A stretch of DNA of 42,313 bases, from positions 1 to 42,313 of the forward strand of contig CALSSJ010000006.1 in assembly GCA_943788985.1 (NCBI GenBank). The letters are read 5' to 3'. Source of the DNA: an uncultured Lentisphaerales bacterium (GTDB taxonomy: Bacteria; Verrucomicrobiota; Lentisphaeria; JABSQK01; UBA12247). Position 1 is the first letter of the stretch; every line of letters starts with the position of its first letter. The notes beneath the pieces are model-generated. The model had not been told where the DNA came from, did no database searches, and saw only the letters and a program-made list of their open reading frames with translations. A program made the translations under genes and the position numbers. Below, one piece after another: positions 39,901-42,313 of the stretch.

Positions 39901-40151
39901 CAATCGGCCCGGGCTGGAACGTTTTTGGCATCCGCGCCAGCGCCCCCTTCGCACCGCGCAACTGGCTCGAAGCACTCACCCCATCTGAAAGCCTTGAAGG
40001 CGTGATCTGGCACCTCGATTCCGGCACCTACAAGGCCACTGATCTCTGGTTACAACCCGGAATCGGCTACTGGGCCTACGGCAAAGAAATCCCGGCCCGT
40101 GAGCGTCTCCCCACACAATCCCCAACACCACACACAGCACCTCAGGAGTAA
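33920..40151 (+). CDS. Giant secreted metzincin (matrixin/M10-like) adhesin with MAM, Calx-beta, 4 HYR and cadherin-like repeats; frameshifted
   Basis: HEIGHAIGISH + Met-turn AAM; MAM (DDFDWT..GAT.S..TGP...GTNYIYVEAS...DIAVDNI); Calx-beta; HYR; NARP.V.DD...EDT repeats. ORFs 33920-37789, 37990-38307 and 38304-40151 join after correcting +1, +1 (~37760, ~37783) and -1 (~38248), giving ~2,076 aa. Confidence 0.85.
37010..37995 (+). repeat. Four tandem 246-bp coding repeats (82-aa HYR domains)
   Basis: Units start GACACC at 37010, 37256, 37502, 37748; DTEAPSITCPASVTI...ATFALGTTTETYRVTDAAGT...CSFTITVV. Confidence 0.95.
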
Positions 40152-40159
40152 GCACCCCC

Positions 40160-42313
40160 ATGCGCTACCTGCTTCCCATCATCATACTCGCAAGCCTGCC
40201 TCTGTACGCAGGTACGCTCAACCAGTCCCACCACACACCCCAGAAGGACTGGCATGTGCGCTGGCACAATCGCAATGCCAGCGACAAGGACTTTTGCTCA
40301 GATGCGCAGGCCATGAAGATTGCCAACGCCACGGACAGTCCACGCGGCTTCTTCACCGATCCGGATGATCCCGATGGCGTGGTAAATGCGTTCGAGGCGA
40401 TGGGGTTCCCAGAACCGCACATTGGCGGCCGGGATGTCAAGATCGACTGGTGGAATAACGAACGGGAAGATGGGGAGAAACTCTTGCCAGCTCCAGTGTT
40501 CTTCGCATTCGATACCATTCCACGTGGCTTGAATCATCACTATTCCCCGATATACGAGCAACGGTTGCCCATGAAGTCTTCCACAATGTGCAATATGCTT
40601 ATGTTCGGAACCTACTTCGGTTTCAGAAGCTCAGCGGGCTATTGGTCGAAGGAACAGCGGAGGCAATGGCCGATCGCGTGTTTGTCCGGGACGATTTCTC
40701 GAATCCGGTGCTAGCTCGCTATATCAACTATCTGGGTGAGCACAAGCGGTCGTTGTGGGACTTGGATTACGACGGTGCCCTCTGGTGGTCCTACCTCATG
40801 GAGCAGTATGGACGCGAACGTGACGACCCGCAGGTGGGGGTGGACTTCTTGCAGACGGTGTGGCGCATCACGGATGACTCTGACCCATCCGTATATGACA
40901 CCATTCAGCTCGCAATCAACGAACACGATCGAGTCACCGGTCCCGACAATGTAAGCGTTGCAGACCTATTTCACGATTTTTCGATCGCAGGAGCTGTTCA
41001 GGCAAATCCGGCAACCTTTCGTCCAAGTGCTGGAGTCACCTCACCTGAGCGGTATGGCTTTGCTGATTTGTATGTGTACCACGACTTCCTTGACACTTAT
41101 GAATGGACACACTATGGCGGCAACTACCGAGTAACCTTGGGGAAAGACAATGTGGGGGTGACTGGAGCCTGGAGCGGGCGTGAAGAGACCGGCATATGGG
41201 ACACCCAGTACCTCAAGTTTTGGGTTTCGGACATGCTGGGGATTGAGTCGGATACTGATCGGAACGCGGAATCTCGCAGAGCGCTGCTGGCCGGCGATCC
41301 TCCCTACATGATCAATTTCCACGGTGAGACGGATCCTTACAACCACGCCTCCTATACCGTGCTGGCTTACAAGGGGGAACACGTGGAACGGATGTGGACC
41401 ACTGGCACGGCTGGGCTCACCATAGACAACAGCTTCAGCGTGTCTCTGATGCAGGACTCGGACGACCCGTACGACCTAATTGTCGCCGTGGTTACGGGCT
41501 GGGTCGGTGCGGGCTGGCCTGCTCGCGTGGGTTTTGAGTACACCTTCGACCACGGGAGGCCAACGGTCACTATTCTCGACCCGACCTCGACCTATCCGGC
41601 TTACATTGGGCTGCCAGAAGCCCCCGAGCGTTTTCTGGTGCGCCTTCAAGTGTCAGGGCCACCGGAACTAGGTGGGGACGACGGTGGAAGGCCTGACTGC
41701 CAGGGACTTTAGGGCCTATGTTGGCAGCCCCGGCACCGATAAACCAGGCGGAGGTCCACCTTGCGGCTTACGTGCTTGGCGAGTACTGGCTCACCATTGA
41801 GCCGCCCGTAAAAGGCCTTCCGGGGTGCCGGTCCCTACAACCTCACCGTGGACTTGGGCGGTGTCATGGCGACCTCCGTGTCCTCCGTGTTCTACGAAGA
41901 GAAGAAATTGGACCAAGTCCTGACCATAGATCGTTCCGTGTCGATGACGGGGCAGCGCATCAAGGCTGCGAAGTCCGCCGCGCAGCTCTATGTCGATGTG
42001 TCCGCCACGGGCGAGCAACTCGGCGTTGTCAGCTTCAACGGCGACGAGGTCGAGCCCAATGATGACGCTGAACTCGTTTACCCACTCACGCCAATGGACA
42101 GCGATTGGGAGCGTGGGCTGGTTCGTCTGGCCATCGACGGCCTGGTGTTGGATGGGTTCACGTCGATCGGCGACGGGCTGCGGGCGGCGCTAAGTGAGTT
42201 TTCTGGCGCGGGCACAGACGCCGAGAACTGGATCATCCTGCTCTCAGACGGTCGCGAGAATGAAGCCTTGAACAATGCCGATGTGAAGGAGTCGCTGTTG
42301 GCGGAAGGAATCC
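40160..42313 (+). CDS. Secreted HEXXH zincin + von Willebrand A domain protein; multiply frameshifted, runs off the window end
   Basis: Signal peptide at 40160; ATVAHEVFHNVQYAY (HEVFH at 40570-40584) and downstream VEGTA; vWA LTIDRSVSM (MIDAS, 41929), TSIGDGL, IILLSDG; at least 4 frame switches. Confidence 0.8.

Noticed and set aside
1..42313. Genome-wide TAG reassignment
   Set aside because: Intact genes end properly at TAG (1175, 5673, 10260, 15790, 24521), and the relics also contain TAA/TGA stops and indels.

Overview
A GC-rich bacterial window, most likely from the PVC superphylum (Lentisphaerota/Verrucomicrobiota-like). This is inferred from several FTL(I/V)ELL prepilin genes, H-X9-DG/DUF1559-type C-termini, a Verru_Chthon-like pilin pair, adjacent bamD-lptE and a sulfatase relic. 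The left end (1-11 kb) mixes decayed genes (SAM methyltransferase, lipoprotein, sulfatase, esterase) with an intact octaheme cytochrome-HEAT-TPR gene, a membrane/zinc-ribbon protein and an AraC-linked sugar isomerase/oxidoreductase pair. At 11.3-13.8 kb a two-gene operon encodes a PspA/Vipp1 (ESCRT-III superfamily)-like protein and a classical-clade AAA ATPase; this is my best candidate for an under-described system. The middle holds mostly housekeeping and envelope genes (bamD, lptE, OleB-like hydrolase, rlmB-like, dusB-like, GT2-bioH-bioC, Ate/Bpt, lipase, lnt). The right end is a secreted-protease operon: a membrane-anchored accessory protein, a ~2,076-aa metzincin adhesin (MAM, Calx-beta, 4 HYR, cadherin-like) split by frameshifts, and a frameshifted HEXXH zincin + vWA protein hidden from the ORF track. 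I found no rRNA, tRNA, CRISPR array or transposase. All family assignments come from motif recognition by eye, not database searches.
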